Positions 50,100 to 62,870 are shown, numbered from the stretch's first letter. The stretch: DNA of 64,000 bases from Octopus sinensis (GCF_006345805.1 NC_042999.1:157232001-157296000); one strand, 5' to 3'. Numbers and translations: made by a program. Notes: generated by a model from the letters alone, not told the origin.

Positions 50100-51040
50100 A
50101 AAACGTCAGTATTCACACATGCAAGCTCGCATGTGGGTAGCATGGCCCGTTGTTGTTAGCTGTTTTAGCTTTTGACCTAGTGCTAAATGTGTGCGTGTGG
50201 GGACTAGGTTGTTTAATGTGGGTTCTCCTAGGGTTCGAGCATAGTGTATGTGTGGTCTGTTGTGATTCTGATGGTTGGTGTGTCGTTGCGATGTGATTTC
50301 AGATATATGTTGCTTGAACTTAGTATTAAGGATTATTTTATTTGTTGAGAGAAACCGCTGGCAGCGAGCGCTTGGTTGTAACATGGTGTGTGGTATTGAA
50401 TATTTCCTCAGTGGAAGAGAGGTGAGATATACAGATCAAGACTATGTTATCAAAGGTGGATTTGTGGTGATTGGAATACATATTTAAGGTATTGGTTAGG
50501 TTTGTGATAAGGGGAGTATTGGGAGGTTTCTAAGTTTAAAGTTACGTCTAAAAGTTAGTAGCTTTGTGGGAATTTTCAAAACTAATAGACAGGTTAATGT
50601 TAGAGAAAATATTGTGTAGATCTTTACTAGCTTTTTCTAAGGAGGACTTATTTACGCTCCTGGTAACTAGTGAGGCATCATCTCTGTAGAGGCAGCCCTT
50701 GAGGTTAGGGAAATGTATTTGGAGCTGGTGGAGTATGTATAGTCCAATGAGGTCGGTGACCTGGGCGGAGTCAGATGATACCATGGTAATGTCAAATAAA
50801 TTGCTATGGTTATTGGTATTGTTATGGTGATTGGCTCGGCACCAGAGTTTGTCCTCAAAACAAACAAGGGTTTACGGGCATTGAGGATTATGTTAATTTC
50901 TAGTGGGGTAAGGTTAGTTAGATTTCTAGCTAGAAGGAGAGCTTGATTAAGAATAGAAGAGTAGTAATTATTTATATCGAATTATAGGAAAGAATAAGTG
51001 TTTTTGTTGTTTAAGAGATGGAACCATGTTATAACTTCAC
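50100..51040 (-). mobile_element. Penelope-like element RT fragment
   Basis: DSAQVTDLIGLYIL...CLYRDDA (ORF 50548-50784), PLE-type RT motifs. Confidence 0.8.
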
Positions 51041-51084
51041 GTGTACAAGACCATAAGTTGACGTTTAATCTCTCCTTGACGATT

Positions 51085-51331
51085 ACTCTCTTTTACTCTT
51101 TTACTTGTTTCAGTCATTTGACTGTGGCCATGCTGGAGCACCGCCTTTAGGCGATCGAGCAAATCGACCCCAGGACTTATTTTTTGTAAGCCTAGTACTT
51201 GTTCTATCGGTCTCTTTTGCCGAACCGCTAAGTTACAGAGACGTAAACACACCAGCATCGATTGTCAAGTGATGTTGGATGGACAAACACAGACACACAA
51301 ACATACACACCACACACACCACACACACACA

Positions 51332-51374
<43 letters not shown>

Positions 51375-51550
51375 ATATACATATATACGACGGGCTTCTT
51401 TTAGTCTCCGTCTACCAAATCCACTCAAAAGGGTTTGGTCGGCCCGAGGCTATAGTAGAAGACACTTGCCAAGGTGTCATGCAGTGGGACTGAACCCGGA
51501 ACCATGTGGTTCGTAAGCAAGCTACTTACCACACTGCAACTCCTGCACCT
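51085..51550 (-). mobile_element. SINE family A
   Basis: Full-length match. Confidence 0.88.
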
Positions 51551-51559
51551 TATAATAAC

Positions 51560-51597
<38 letters not shown>

Positions 51598-52577
51598 TAC
51601 CACTAAGGGACATGCTCAACTGGTTAAGATCAAACAACTGACAAGCAAATCTGTGGTATTGAGCAGAATATTTGCTGTAGCCCATCTTATACCAAGACAA
51701 AACCATGTACATGGAAGTGTTATCATGTAAATTGTGTTATCATGCGTTCCCAGAGAATATTACCCTCAGGGGCGCTAGTATTGGTATATTCGTGAATAAG
51801 TCACTAACCGAAATAAGTGGATCAATTGTTTAGGAAAATACTATTTACTTGTTTAAGGGCTGTACTGGATAAATTGCAAAAATAACTCTAACAGTTCAAA
51901 TACTAAGAAATAAGTATACTAAATTTCATTTTTACCAAATTATTTAGGAAAATTAATGGTTTATTTCCCTTGGCTATATATAAGGATCCCTTCCAGGGGC
52001 CCTATTATCGATTTTTTTTTTTTCAACAATCTGAGTATGCCATGAGGTTTCTAGATACGAGTTTTACTCACGTGTCAAGTTTCATCAAAATCGATAAAAC
52101 GATGTAGGAGTTAGCTAACAACGCCACAAACACACCTACAGACAAAATTTCCCACATATGTAGTGTATATATATATGTAGAGAGAGAGGGGGGAAGTGTG
52201 CAAAAATGGGGATTTCTAAATGTATTGTTTAAGGGAATCTGTCAGAAATTGTTATAATGTTGATTTTGAAATTTTCGAATTTCATTACTGTATATGTGTG
52301 GTGATGAGGAGACTGGTGGAGTGGTGAAGAAAGTTTGGAGCAGTTTTAATTCATGGTTTGCGTGCAGAGCAGAGAGAATTCGAACAACGACGTGTCTAAT
52401 TATTCTTAGTACGTTTTGGTTGATTCGAACGTGGATATCTGATCGCTATTGTTTTCGTCATCAGATGTGTGTTCGTAACACGCAGTTCACCAGTGTAAAG
52501 GAACTGATACACCACGGTGTTTCGACCAAATTATGCGTATCCTTAGGAATGAGAACCCAGGTTCGAAATTTCCCCAA

Positions 52578-52623
52578 GACACCTGATGAAGGCTGGAGGG
52601 TATATCAGCCGAAACGTTGTGTT
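52578..52623 (+). ncRNA. Minimal type I hammerhead motif in a PLE-terminus-like repeat (about 52330-52680)
   Basis: GACAC-CTGATGA-A-GGCTG..CAGCC-GAAA-CGT-T-GTGTT. The repeat ends in (AATAATGTA)n. Confidence 0.72.
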
Positions 52624-52848
52624 AACAACAAACAAGATGAGGAGAATATCCATCGAATGTAAATAATGTAAATAATGTACTTATTCTAGTTATTATCACT
52701 CATTAATTTGTTATGTTATATTCTACCCCCTACTTGCATATATACTGCACACACATGTATACATCTCCATAAGTGCATATATCTATGTATATGTATACTT
52801 CTATATATTTTGTATACATACATACATACATTCATACATATATATATA

Positions 52849-52916
<68 letters not shown>

Positions 52917-53015
52917 TGTTGTGTATGTGTATGTATGTGTGTATATTTATGTGTTAGGTGTATATGTATTTATTCCTTGTGAATTAAAAATAATTTTTTT
53001 CTTCATATTTGTGTG

Positions 53016-53092
<77 letters not shown>

Positions 53093-53119
53093 CAGAGAGA
53101 AAGTGGGAGTAATTTAATG

Positions 53120-53315
53120 CCTGTGTTTACCACTCACCCCGCACCACTTCACAGCTGGTACTGATGTGTTTACGTCCCCGGAAATTAGCGGTTCGGCAAG
53201 GGAGACCGAATAAGTACCAGGCTTCAAAAACAATAAGTCTTGGGATTGAAACATTCGACTAAAAATTCTTCATGGCGGTACCCCAGCATGGCCGCAGTCT
53301 AATGACTAAAACAAA
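53120..53315 (+). mobile_element. SINE tail related to family A (diverged subfamily)
   Basis: GTGTTTACGTCCCC...CAGCATGGCCGCAGTCTAATGACT... Confidence 0.7.
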
Positions 53316-53644
53316 TAAAAGATAAAACGGTTAAGCTCGTCATGTCGAATTTATTTGTTTCTACTGTAGCGCATATCTGCGTATATCTAATCATAACGCA
53401 AGACCTTCCAAATTCTCTAACTTACGTTTCCCAAAAGTCATGTTGACTCCAGCTTTAATAAGTAATGTAGGAACTGATTAGCAAGTTAGCATCACACATT
53501 CTGGCTATTTAGGTCAAGTCCTTGTCATTCCTTTCTGATAATTTGAATGATCGTGTCCTTGACAAAATTTCATCTCACTCATTTCTTCTGTCCAGCGTTT
53601 TCATCCGCTTGGTTATATATATATTATATATATACATACTCACA

Positions 53645-53716
<72 letters not shown>

Positions 53717-53734
53717 CATACATACATACATACA

Positions 53735-53765
<31 letters not shown>

Positions 53766-53921
53766 GCATATATATATATAATAACATTACATACATATAT
53801 AATATATATTATATATACACACACCACACACCACATAATATTATATATAATATATATATATATACATACATACATATATATTATATAATAAGATATATAT
53901 ACATTACATACATACATACAT

Positions 53922-53963
<42 letters not shown>

Positions 53964-54389
53964 ATATATATACATACATCACGTATATATATATATATAT
54001 GCAACACATACACACACACACTCAATGATATAAGAAATATAATTAGAAATACTAAAAATTACCACCAAAATTAAGCATATCAATTTTACATTCCCAATTT
54101 CATTTCCTACCACCACTTATGCTATGTCCCATACATAGTCTAATTATCTAGAAATATACATAAAAAAAAAATGATGTAATAATGTTGCAAAGGGAGTCTT
54201 TAATAAATAAAATAACCAAAATTCAAGTGTGAATTGTTTTATTAACGGAAATAATCTCTCGTCTCTGTCGCCGTTCTGTAAACCTGCCAATAGAAAAAGT
54301 AAATGAATTAATGTTAAATTTTGTGATGCTCTTGAGAACGGAATAATGATCTTACACTACAGTTGTAAGCATAAACTATTTATTTTAAC

Positions 54390-54724
54390 TCACTCATCAG
54401 AGATACCCGGCGTTGCTTGGGATTAAAATGGCGGAGTTCTTTATTATTGTACTTATTTCGGCCATGTGACTGCGGCTATGCTTGAGCACCGCCTTTAGTC
54501 GAAGAAATCGACCTCGGGATTTATTCTTTGTAAGACTAGTACTTATTCTATCCGTGTGTTTTGCCAAACGGTTAAGTTACGGGGACGCAAACACAGCAAC
54601 ATCGGTTGTCAAACGATGGTGGGGGTACAAACACAAGCACACACACACGCATAAATATGCACATATATACGACAGTCTTCTTTCAGTTTCCATTTACGAA
54701 ATCCACTCACAAGGCTTTAGTATA

Positions 54725-54756
<32 letters not shown>

Positions 54757-55145
54757 CTCTTTACTCTTTCATTATATGCGTGCGAGTGTGTGTGTGTGTG
54801 TGTGTGTCTATATAATGTGAGATAATAGTTTCACTATGTATACATCATATACATAATAAAAATATTAATAGTGTAACTATTAAAACTGAAAATGTGATCT
54901 CGCATTACAATAGAGATGTTTTTGTTTCACTTTTGACACGTAATACAGAAACAGTCGAAGAGATTACCCCGGGCTCGCATTAGGCAAGAAGTTGAACATT
55001 GTTTTTGGCCCATGACACTCCATGGACCCTAAGTATTGTATGTGTAAAATTTGAATGAAATCAGTTGGACCGTTATCGAGTTTTAGTGATGCACACATAC
55101 AGACAGACACACAAACAAAATCTCACTTTTATATATATAGATATA
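54390..55145 (+). mobile_element. Helitron-like non-autonomous element interrupted by a partial SINE A (54450-54720)
   Basis: 5' GATACCCGGCGTTGC, 3' (CAGA)n...CTTTTATATATATAGAT. A related relic lies at about 52000-52170. Confidence 0.45.
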
Positions 55146-55410
55146 AACAGATATTACCTGCTATCAACAAACAATATTGAGTAATATATTAACTGAATAT
55201 GTTAAGCATATAGATTATTTACTGTCCTTAAGATAGAATATAATGAAAATTATTTACGAGAGTAGTTGTTTGGTTTAAGAAGTTTGGTTCACACCTAAGT
55301 GGTCTTGAGTTCGAATACCACCTCACAGTGGGCAAGTGTCTTCCACCATAGCCTCCTCGAGTCAACAATTCGTTGCCCAGTTTAACATCACAAACTAGCC
55401 TATAAATGCC

Positions 55411-55976
55411 TGTAACAGGATCTGGAATCGGTATCACTGAAGAGGTGTCCGATCCCGTCACATTCAATTTAGTTAGATATAACAGACGAAGTCAGGTTAT
55501 CTGGGAAAAGACAGCAAATGTTGTTTATTACTCGTGATGATGGTGTACGTATTTTCTGAGGGGGACCGACAGCCGAATCTTTGTACTGCTTCTTGTTGGT
55601 TGATTGAAGTGATTCGATGTGGTCCGTTGCTAAGCCGGTGTAGAGTTCTCAGAGACTACCAAATGCACGTCTGTTCACGAGGGCTGAAAGTGCCAGAGAG
55701 AGTGAATGAGTGGACTGTGCCTTAGGGGTCAGTTTCCCGCACATGCGCATGGGGAAGACTTCCGGTGGCCACCCGGAAGTAGTCCCATTCTGCGCATGCG
55801 CGCTGAACCTTACACAGTAGCATCACTACATGCCTTTAGCGGGGTTCAGTATAAATGAAGTATTCGTCTCAAACTGCTGATCTGAGAATAACTTCCTCCT
55901 TCCCTGCCATGTTAGAGAGGCTTTGAAAAAAGTTACACATGTCTCTCATTTCGTGTGCAAGATTATATTCGTAACA
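55411..55976 (-). mobile_element. Solo-LTR-like segment with NRF1/ETS-type motifs
   Basis: Minus-strand termini TGTTAC...GTTACA. AATAAA at 55529-55524. GCGCATGCGC and CCGGAAGT motifs at 55743-55801. No TSD found. Confidence 0.5.
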
Positions 55977-56101
55977 GTATCCCTTGAAAGAGATCAAAAC
56001 CAACATTGTATAAAATGAGTCCAAAATTTACACGAGGAATCAAAGAGGATTTAATGACGGAATGGAAAGCAATTATAATCCAAGTTCAAACTTACCCATT
56101 T

Positions 56102-56319
56102 CTAACAACGATATAACTTCTTTAATTCCATAATGTCTATGGAGCTAAGGTGACTTCGCTGGCCAATTCGAGCTCCTATCCTTCTGGGAATAATTGTAGG
56201 TTTGCTTCTATCTTTTGCAAATGCATGTGCTCCATAATGCATCAGGGAATCATAATCGTATGGAAATCCTTGGGTGTTAAGAGTTGGTGGGTAAAATATT
56301 TTGAAATTATTTTCTCTAC
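56102..56319 (-). CDS. Astacin-family (M12A) zinc metalloprotease, exon encoding the C-terminal half of the catalytic domain
   Basis: Acceptor TTTCCTTAG| at 56320 (phase 1). Translation (G)RENNFKIF...PYDYDSLMHYGAHAF...PTIIP...IGQRSHLSSIDIMELKKLYRC*, containing the SxMHY Met-turn. The HExxH exon was not found in the window and is presumably beyond 64000. Confidence 0.93.
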
Positions 56320-56488
56320 CTAAGGAAATATTTAAATAAAAGTTTGACAATTTTACTCTTGCATAAATTATTTCAGAAATACAAACACAATTAAACACAG
56401 AATTTTTATTTTTATGTGTGTATATAAGAGAAGTACAAAATATAAAGTTACATCTTGAGATCGTTAGTGACAACAACGCTCAAGATAT

Positions 56489-56870
56489 GGAAGCACTCCG
56501 TCGGTTACGACGATGAGGGTTCCAGTTGGATCCGAATCAACGGAACAGCCTGCTCGTGAAATTAACGTGTAAGTGGCTAGACCTGCTCCCTCAGACACGT
56601 GTACCCTTAACGTAGTTCTCGGGGATATTAGCGTGACATAGAGAGTTACAAGGCCGGCCCTTTGAAATACAGGTACAAACAGAAACAGAAGTAAGAAGAG
56701 GAAAGTTGTGGTGAAAGAGTACAGCAGGGATCACCACCATCCCTGACGGAGCCTCGTGGAGCTTTAGGTGTTTTCGCTCAATAAACACTCACAATGCCCA
56801 GTCTGGGAATCGAAACCGCGATCCTATGATCGCGAGTCCGCTGCCCTAACCACTGGGCCATTGCGCCTCC
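56489..56870 (-). mobile_element. SINE head E with tail Y, full-length with 13-bp TSD
   Basis: TSD ACGCTCAAGATAT at 56476-56488 and 56871-56883. Confidence 0.92.
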
Positions 56871-57429
56871 ACGCTCAAGATATATAACAGTCTGGAATAG
56901 TAGTGCTCAAACGAGCTGTATACACTTTTTTTTAAATCCGAGGGAAGGCAATGTGAGCAGCAACTAAAGGAACATTACAAAATCCACAGAAAGATCAAAC
57001 ACATACATATATTCATGTATTCATTTATATCTACAGAACAGATATAAAGTCCGACGTTTAAAAATTAAAAAAATTAGTAATATATAAATATATAAGAGAA
57101 GTAAGGAAACAGAAGTGATTGACTGACGGAGTGCTTTAGATTGCTGAGGTCCAGTTGAATTTCATTTTCCTGTTAAGTCATAAATGTAAATACACGCACA
57201 CGCACCCCAGGTCACCCAATACAAATTATATGAAAAAAATGCAAAAGTGATCATAACTTTATCGACTGAGATAGGTCGTTCAAATTGCATAAATTGATAG
57301 AGAAATTCTTCCTCTATACGAAGTACTACTCATTATCACAACTCCCAAATTCTGTGTTGAAAAACTTAATCAGATGCATATTTACACCCTTGTACCTATT
57401 TCTCCACAGCCACTTTCACCTTGCCTGCA

Positions 57430-58200
57430 TCATCATATAGTTGAAAAACCGTTCTTCATTGGACCGAAGAGATGGAAGTTGGAGGGTGCCAGACTCGGGT
57501 TGAGCTGTGGATAAGAAGTCACTGACAAACACAATTCCCCAATTATTTGATTTATTCCCAAAGATGCGTGTGACTGCATATTCTCATGGTGAATGCAAAA
57601 TATTTTTAGATACTTGTTCGATCTCTTCTGCCTAATTGCTTCTCTTTGCTGTCTTAGAGTTTCAATGTATCGCTCGTTGTTTATTCTACAGCCGCGTTCA
57701 AGAAATTCATGGCGAACTGCGCTCCTTGTCATGCAAAAAAAGAAAAACAATACAAAGATATTCATCTTGACTTTCTGTGCCAATCACAGGCTCTTGAACT
57801 TCTTAAGCCGAGGATAAATGGTGTGACGCTATACCATAAACTGAACATTAATTTTCAGATCATAAAGATACGGTCATGTTTCATCTTCCTGTCACCAGAT
57901 CGTAAATGAAAAGCGTATTTTAATTGACTTCAAACGCTTCTAGACTATATCAGAGCAGATTTCCTCCGTTCTCTCCTTCACCCACTTTCAGGTACCAAAA
58001 GTATTCTACCATCTTCTGCAATTCACTGTGAGCAAAGTGCAACACCTCACAGATTGTGACTCGTCTGTTCGTGTGAATCAATTCATTCACTCTCTGGCTA
58101 TTTGTCTCAGTGGTCACAGTTGATGGTCGCTCATTGCTCGGTTCGTCATCATCTATGCACATTACTCTTGTCAGTGGCGTCGTTTGAATAAACATTCAGT
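57430..58200 (-). mobile_element. Old mariner transposase relic
   Basis: DDEPSNERPST...NRRVTICEV; INNERYIETL; SLAPSNFHLFGPMK. Confidence 0.85.
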
Positions 58201-58369
58201 AACTTTCCATGAAAATTGAATAATTTGCACCCCTTTTGGTCAAGAATTCATTTTACAAATAAATAAATAGACACAATATAATACCTAAAAGTTGATGAAT
58301 ACCACCTGTTGATCCCCTCCATTTCTTATGCTGTAGACACACACCGCACACACACACCCACACAAACAT

Positions 58370-58404
<35 letters not shown>

Positions 58405-58443
58405 CTATATATAATATATATATGTATGTATTTATATAGAAGG

Positions 58444-58494
58444 AGCTTCTACAGGACTAGAACTGTTTCATTCAAGAGAAATCTTCAGGAAGCT
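58444..58494 (-). ncRNA. Complete type I hammerhead ribozyme
   Basis: AGCTTC-CTGAAGA-TTTC TCTT GAAT-GAA-ACAG TTCTAGTC CTGT-A-GAAGCT: 6-bp stem I, 4-bp stem III, GUA cleavage triplet. Confidence 0.78.
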
Positions 58495-58719
58495 AGTTAA
58501 CAAGAATTGTATTGGCATTATACATTTAGGCAGGTTTTTAAAGGGTTGTTGGTGGGGGACTTTTTGGGGGTAGGCATAGCGCAAAAAATCATACTTGGGG
58601 GAGTGGTCAAGGAGTCAGTGTTAAATTAGATAGGAGAATAAATAAAAAATAAAAAATAAAAAATAAAAAATAAAAAAAAAAATAATAAATAATAAATAAA
58701 TAAATAAATAAAAAAATAA

Positions 58720-58780
<61 letters not shown>

Positions 58781-59106
58781 GGGGGAATAGAGTTTTAGGT
58801 AAATAAGGAGATTCTCACTTATACCTCTGCACATAAGTTACATATACACCACGCATACAAACATATATACATATACATACACACATACATACACACATAT
58901 ATATATATATATATACACATATATATACACTCACACACATACATATACATATCTACACATACACATATATATGTATACATACACACACTCACTTGCATAC
59001 ACGTATAACACATGTATATATACACACGACCACACATACATATACACACAGAAAAATATATATATTTTACTATTTACTTATTTTTTGAGTATGCATGTAA
59101 GTATGA

Positions 59107-59137
<31 letters not shown>

Positions 59138-60097
59138 TAATATATATATATTATATATATATATATATATATAATATTATATATATATACATGTATGTAT
59201 TTGTATGTAGGTGTACATGTATGTGTGTGTATTTATATTTATTGGTGTATATGTTAGACTAGCCTTCTAAGGTGTAGACATGAATCTGTAGGTACGCGTA
59301 CGTATGTGTATATACGTGAATGTATGTAGATGTATGTATGTATGAATATAACGCGTGCATGAGTGTACGAATGAGTGAGTGTACGTGCTAAAGAGTGTGC
59401 GTGTGTGAATGAGTAATTGTTTTCCAGTAGACGGATAAATGGTCTGGCTGTCATAGCCAAGATGTTTGTGACCAAGCGGCCAAAGATAACAAAAGTAATA
59501 AACGAAGATAATAAAATTAAAATTAGGGAATGGGTCTGTATTTGTATATGTATATATATATATGTGTGTATGTGTAGGTATGCATAGGTACACATATGTA
59601 TATATATGTATATATATATATATGTGTATGTATATATATATGTATGTGTATGTATATGTATGTATATATGTGTGTATGTATGTGTATGTGTGTGTGTATA
59701 TATATGTGTGTATGTGTATATATGTGTATATAGGGACTAGTGTGCTGTGTGTGCATGTGTGTGTATGGATTTGTGTGTGTATGCGTGTATGTGAGTATGT
59801 GTGTGTATGTGTATATATATTTTTCTGTGTGTATATGTATGTGTGGTCGTGGTATATATATACATGTGTGTATACGGTGAATGTGAGTGTTGTGTATGTA
59901 TACATATATAGGTATGTGTAGATATGTATATGTATGTGTGAGTGTATATATATGTAATATATATATATATATGTGTGTGTGTATGTATGTGTGTATGTAT
60001 ATGTATATATGTTTGTATGCGTGTGTATATATGTATACTTATGTGCAGAGGTATAAGTGAGAATCTCCTTATTTACCTAAAACTCTATTCCCCCCTT

Positions 60098-60132
<35 letters not shown>

Positions 60133-60334
60133 TTTTTTTTTATGTATTTATTTATTTTTATTTTTTTTTTTATTTTTTTTTTTTTAATTTATTCTCCTAT
60201 CTAATTTAACACTGACTCCTTGACCACTCCCCCAAGTATGATTTTTTGCGCTATGCCTACCCCCAAAAAGTCCCCCACCAACAACCCTTTAAACCTGCCT
60301 AAATGTATAAATGCCAATACAATTCTTGTTAACT

Positions 60335-60385
60335 AGCTTCCTGAAGATTTCTCTTGAATGAAACAATTCTAGTCCTGTAGAAGCT
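60335..60385 (+). ncRNA. Type I hammerhead ribozyme, inverted copy with one stem III mismatch
   Basis: Same as 58444-58494 except ACAA instead of ACAG. Confidence 0.72.
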
Positions 60386-60944
60386 CCTTCTATATAATAA
60401 ATTAATTTTACTCTGCTATGTATTGAGTACCTTATTTACTGTGGTTAACCCCGAATCAACCCGGGACCTACATATATATATATGTATATATATATACTCA
60501 GATTAAAGCGACATTATCCAAACAATTGACTGAAAAATGATGAGCAAACTCAGAGTAGAATCGAACCCACACATCAGCGCTAACATGGCTCCTTGCGCAT
60601 CCGATTCAGCAAGACGCTCACCCATAAACGTCTGTCAAATTTTATGTATAGAGACCACTGGACAACTAAGATTTAGCTACTGGGGTAAAAACATGTTTTA
60701 GACTAAATCGAGGATGCTGATTCCAAATCCGCACTCAGAATTGTTCGAGCACGTCAGGATTTGAGATTATAACTATACTTTCGGCTAGATATAGGTCGTA
60801 TTATAAAATTTGTTAAAACGAAAGCGGTCTTAATTCAAAATTAAAGAAATAACAGCAATAAAACAAACGATTAGAAAGTCCATTATTTAGTTTAGCAATA
60901 GATGGTGTTGACGTATTGTGTGCAAGAGCCAATTACGTCAGTTT

Positions 60945-61030
60945 ATTCTTGGTAAAAGCTAATTTCTTAGACGTAACCCTGGACTTGCAAAACCAAACCT
61001 TCTACCCATGCCGCAACCCTGAGGAAAGCC
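60945..61030 (+). mobile_element. Short PLE RT fragment
   Basis: KANFLDVTLDLQNQTFYPCRNP. Confidence 0.65.
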
Positions 61031-61570
61031 TCCACTTCGTAGAATTAATTCATCCTTCCTCTCGCTCTCTTTATATTTTCTTCCTGTTTCCCCTCTTCTA
61101 ATACTTATTTCTCCCTACATTTATATTCTCCTCTCCTACTGTGCTCTCTACAAATTCCGATTGAACTTTCCAGGCATCAACATGTACCTTCTTGCGACAA
61201 TGTAACATTTCATTGAAGCAAGATGTTCTCGGCCCGAAGAGTAGCCTGCGGTATACACCTCGCTTGGATATTTGCCACTTCTGAGGTACCGCTCCGCTAT
61301 GAAATATATGCAACTCGGATCTTATCTACTCCATTCCGTAACTCTTGTATTCTTTTTCGCACACCCAGCAACCCTGGTCGCCTACCGTGAAATATAGGAA
61401 GAACTTTTTTCAGCATATCATACTTCGATACGAAAAAATCCACATCTTTCCGTCTCAATAATCTACTTTGGCCCCTGGAAGTTGTTTTTTTATATTTACT
61501 ACGGATTGCTTGAAGCTAACCTTCTTCCTACACCTCGATCCCTGGATTTTATATTTATGTGTGTGCGTAT

Positions 61571-61746
61571 AGGCACAGGAGTGGCTGTGTGGTAAGTAGC
61601 TTGCTTACCAACCACATGGTTCCGGGTTCAGTCCCACTGCGTGGCATCTTGGGCAAGTGTCTTCTGCTATAGCCCCGGGCCGACCAATGCCTTGTGAGTG
61701 GATTTGGTAGACGGAAACTGAAAGAAGCCTGTCGTATATATGTGTG

Positions 61747-61798
<52 letters not shown>

Positions 61799-62000
61799 TT
61801 GTGTGTCTGTGTTTGTCCCCCAAGCATTGCTTGACAACCGATGCTGGTGTGTTTACGTCCCCGTCACTTAGCGGTTCGGCAAAAGAGACCGATAGAATAA
61901 GTACTGGGTTTACAAAGAATAAGTCCCGGGGTCGATTTGCTCGACTAAAGGCGGTGCTCCAGCATGGCCACAGTCAAATGACTGAAACAAGTAAAAGAGT
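61571..62000 (+). mobile_element. SINE family A
   Basis: Full-length match. Confidence 0.9.
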
Positions 62001-62325
62001 AATGTGTATGTGTGTGCGTGCGCGCGCGTATGTGTATGTGTGTGTGTGTGTGTGTGTGTGCGTGTGTGTGTGTGTGTGTGTGTTGTTTTGCGAGGTGCTT
62101 CGCGGTCGGTGCGTCGTTTTCGCTGAAAGAAGTATGTTTTTGCCAGTTGAATGTCAGACTGCAAATGCAAATTTCAACACTAGACTACATTTGTTTGTTT
62201 CCTTACTGATTTACGGATGTAGCTTGGTAGAGACTGTGTATTTCAAACCTAACTGGTTTCTTCAAGGCAGAATTTAACAGTTCGGATTCTCCGAAAATAC
62301 AACAAAGGTATTTTATTGATATATA

Positions 62326-62870
62326 TGTAGTGATCCTATAACGGTGCGCGCGCGCGCACCGTCCATTTTCTATTTCGCGCGTGCGAGTGTTGGTGCCTTC
62401 ACCAAGGCACAGAAAGGAAGGGCCCTCTCGCGCATGCGCGAACCACCGGAAGCACGACCCTTTTGCCTACGTGGTAGTTAGCCAAGGCAAGGGGGGTCGT
62501 AGAACGTTTGACCACTAGCAGCAGTCAGCGGGGACTTGGGACCGCAGCGACCGAAGGCGACGGACGTGTATTTTCTCGCTGTCCAGCTTTGATAGCAGTC
62601 GGCCGAAAGCTTTTAACCAAATAGTTGCCGACCACATTCATCTTCCCTGTTCCGGACGCCATCTTTAACCCGTTCTGTTTTTAGCGGCTGAACATTGTAA
62701 ATATTACAATCGATTAACTTTCAGCCTTGCGTGCCCAGAACCAAGGACATCAGATAACCACTTATTGTTACTGTTACCACATTAGAGAATAAAGTAGTAT
62801 ATATATCTTTTACGTCTGCGTCTTGTTGTTTCTGACTGGTAGAATTCTGGATTATTAAAGCAACGGCTAG
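62326..62870 (+). promoter_or_regulatory. CpG-rich promoter-like or solo-LTR-like segment
   Basis: Starts TGTAG. CGCGCATGCGCG (62429-62440), CCGGAAG (62446), CGCCATCTT (62657), AATAAA (62788), and a 22-bp palindrome at 62341-62362. Confidence 0.45.

Larger units (their letters stand above)
58432..60398. mobile_element. Microsatellite-laden PLE 3' end (minus) with an inverted copy of about 600 bp
   Basis: Arms 58432-59060 / 59815-60398. GIY-YIG-like remnants MTARPFIRLLENN (about 59400-59470, minus) and CNLCAE (about 58830-58850, minus). Confidence 0.7.

Noticed and set aside
53423-53452. Possible 27-nt micro-exon (AG|CTGGAGTCAACATGACTTTTGGGAAAC|GTAAGT, minus strand)
   Set aside because: Good donor but weak acceptor and no homology; cannot be supported without RNA data.
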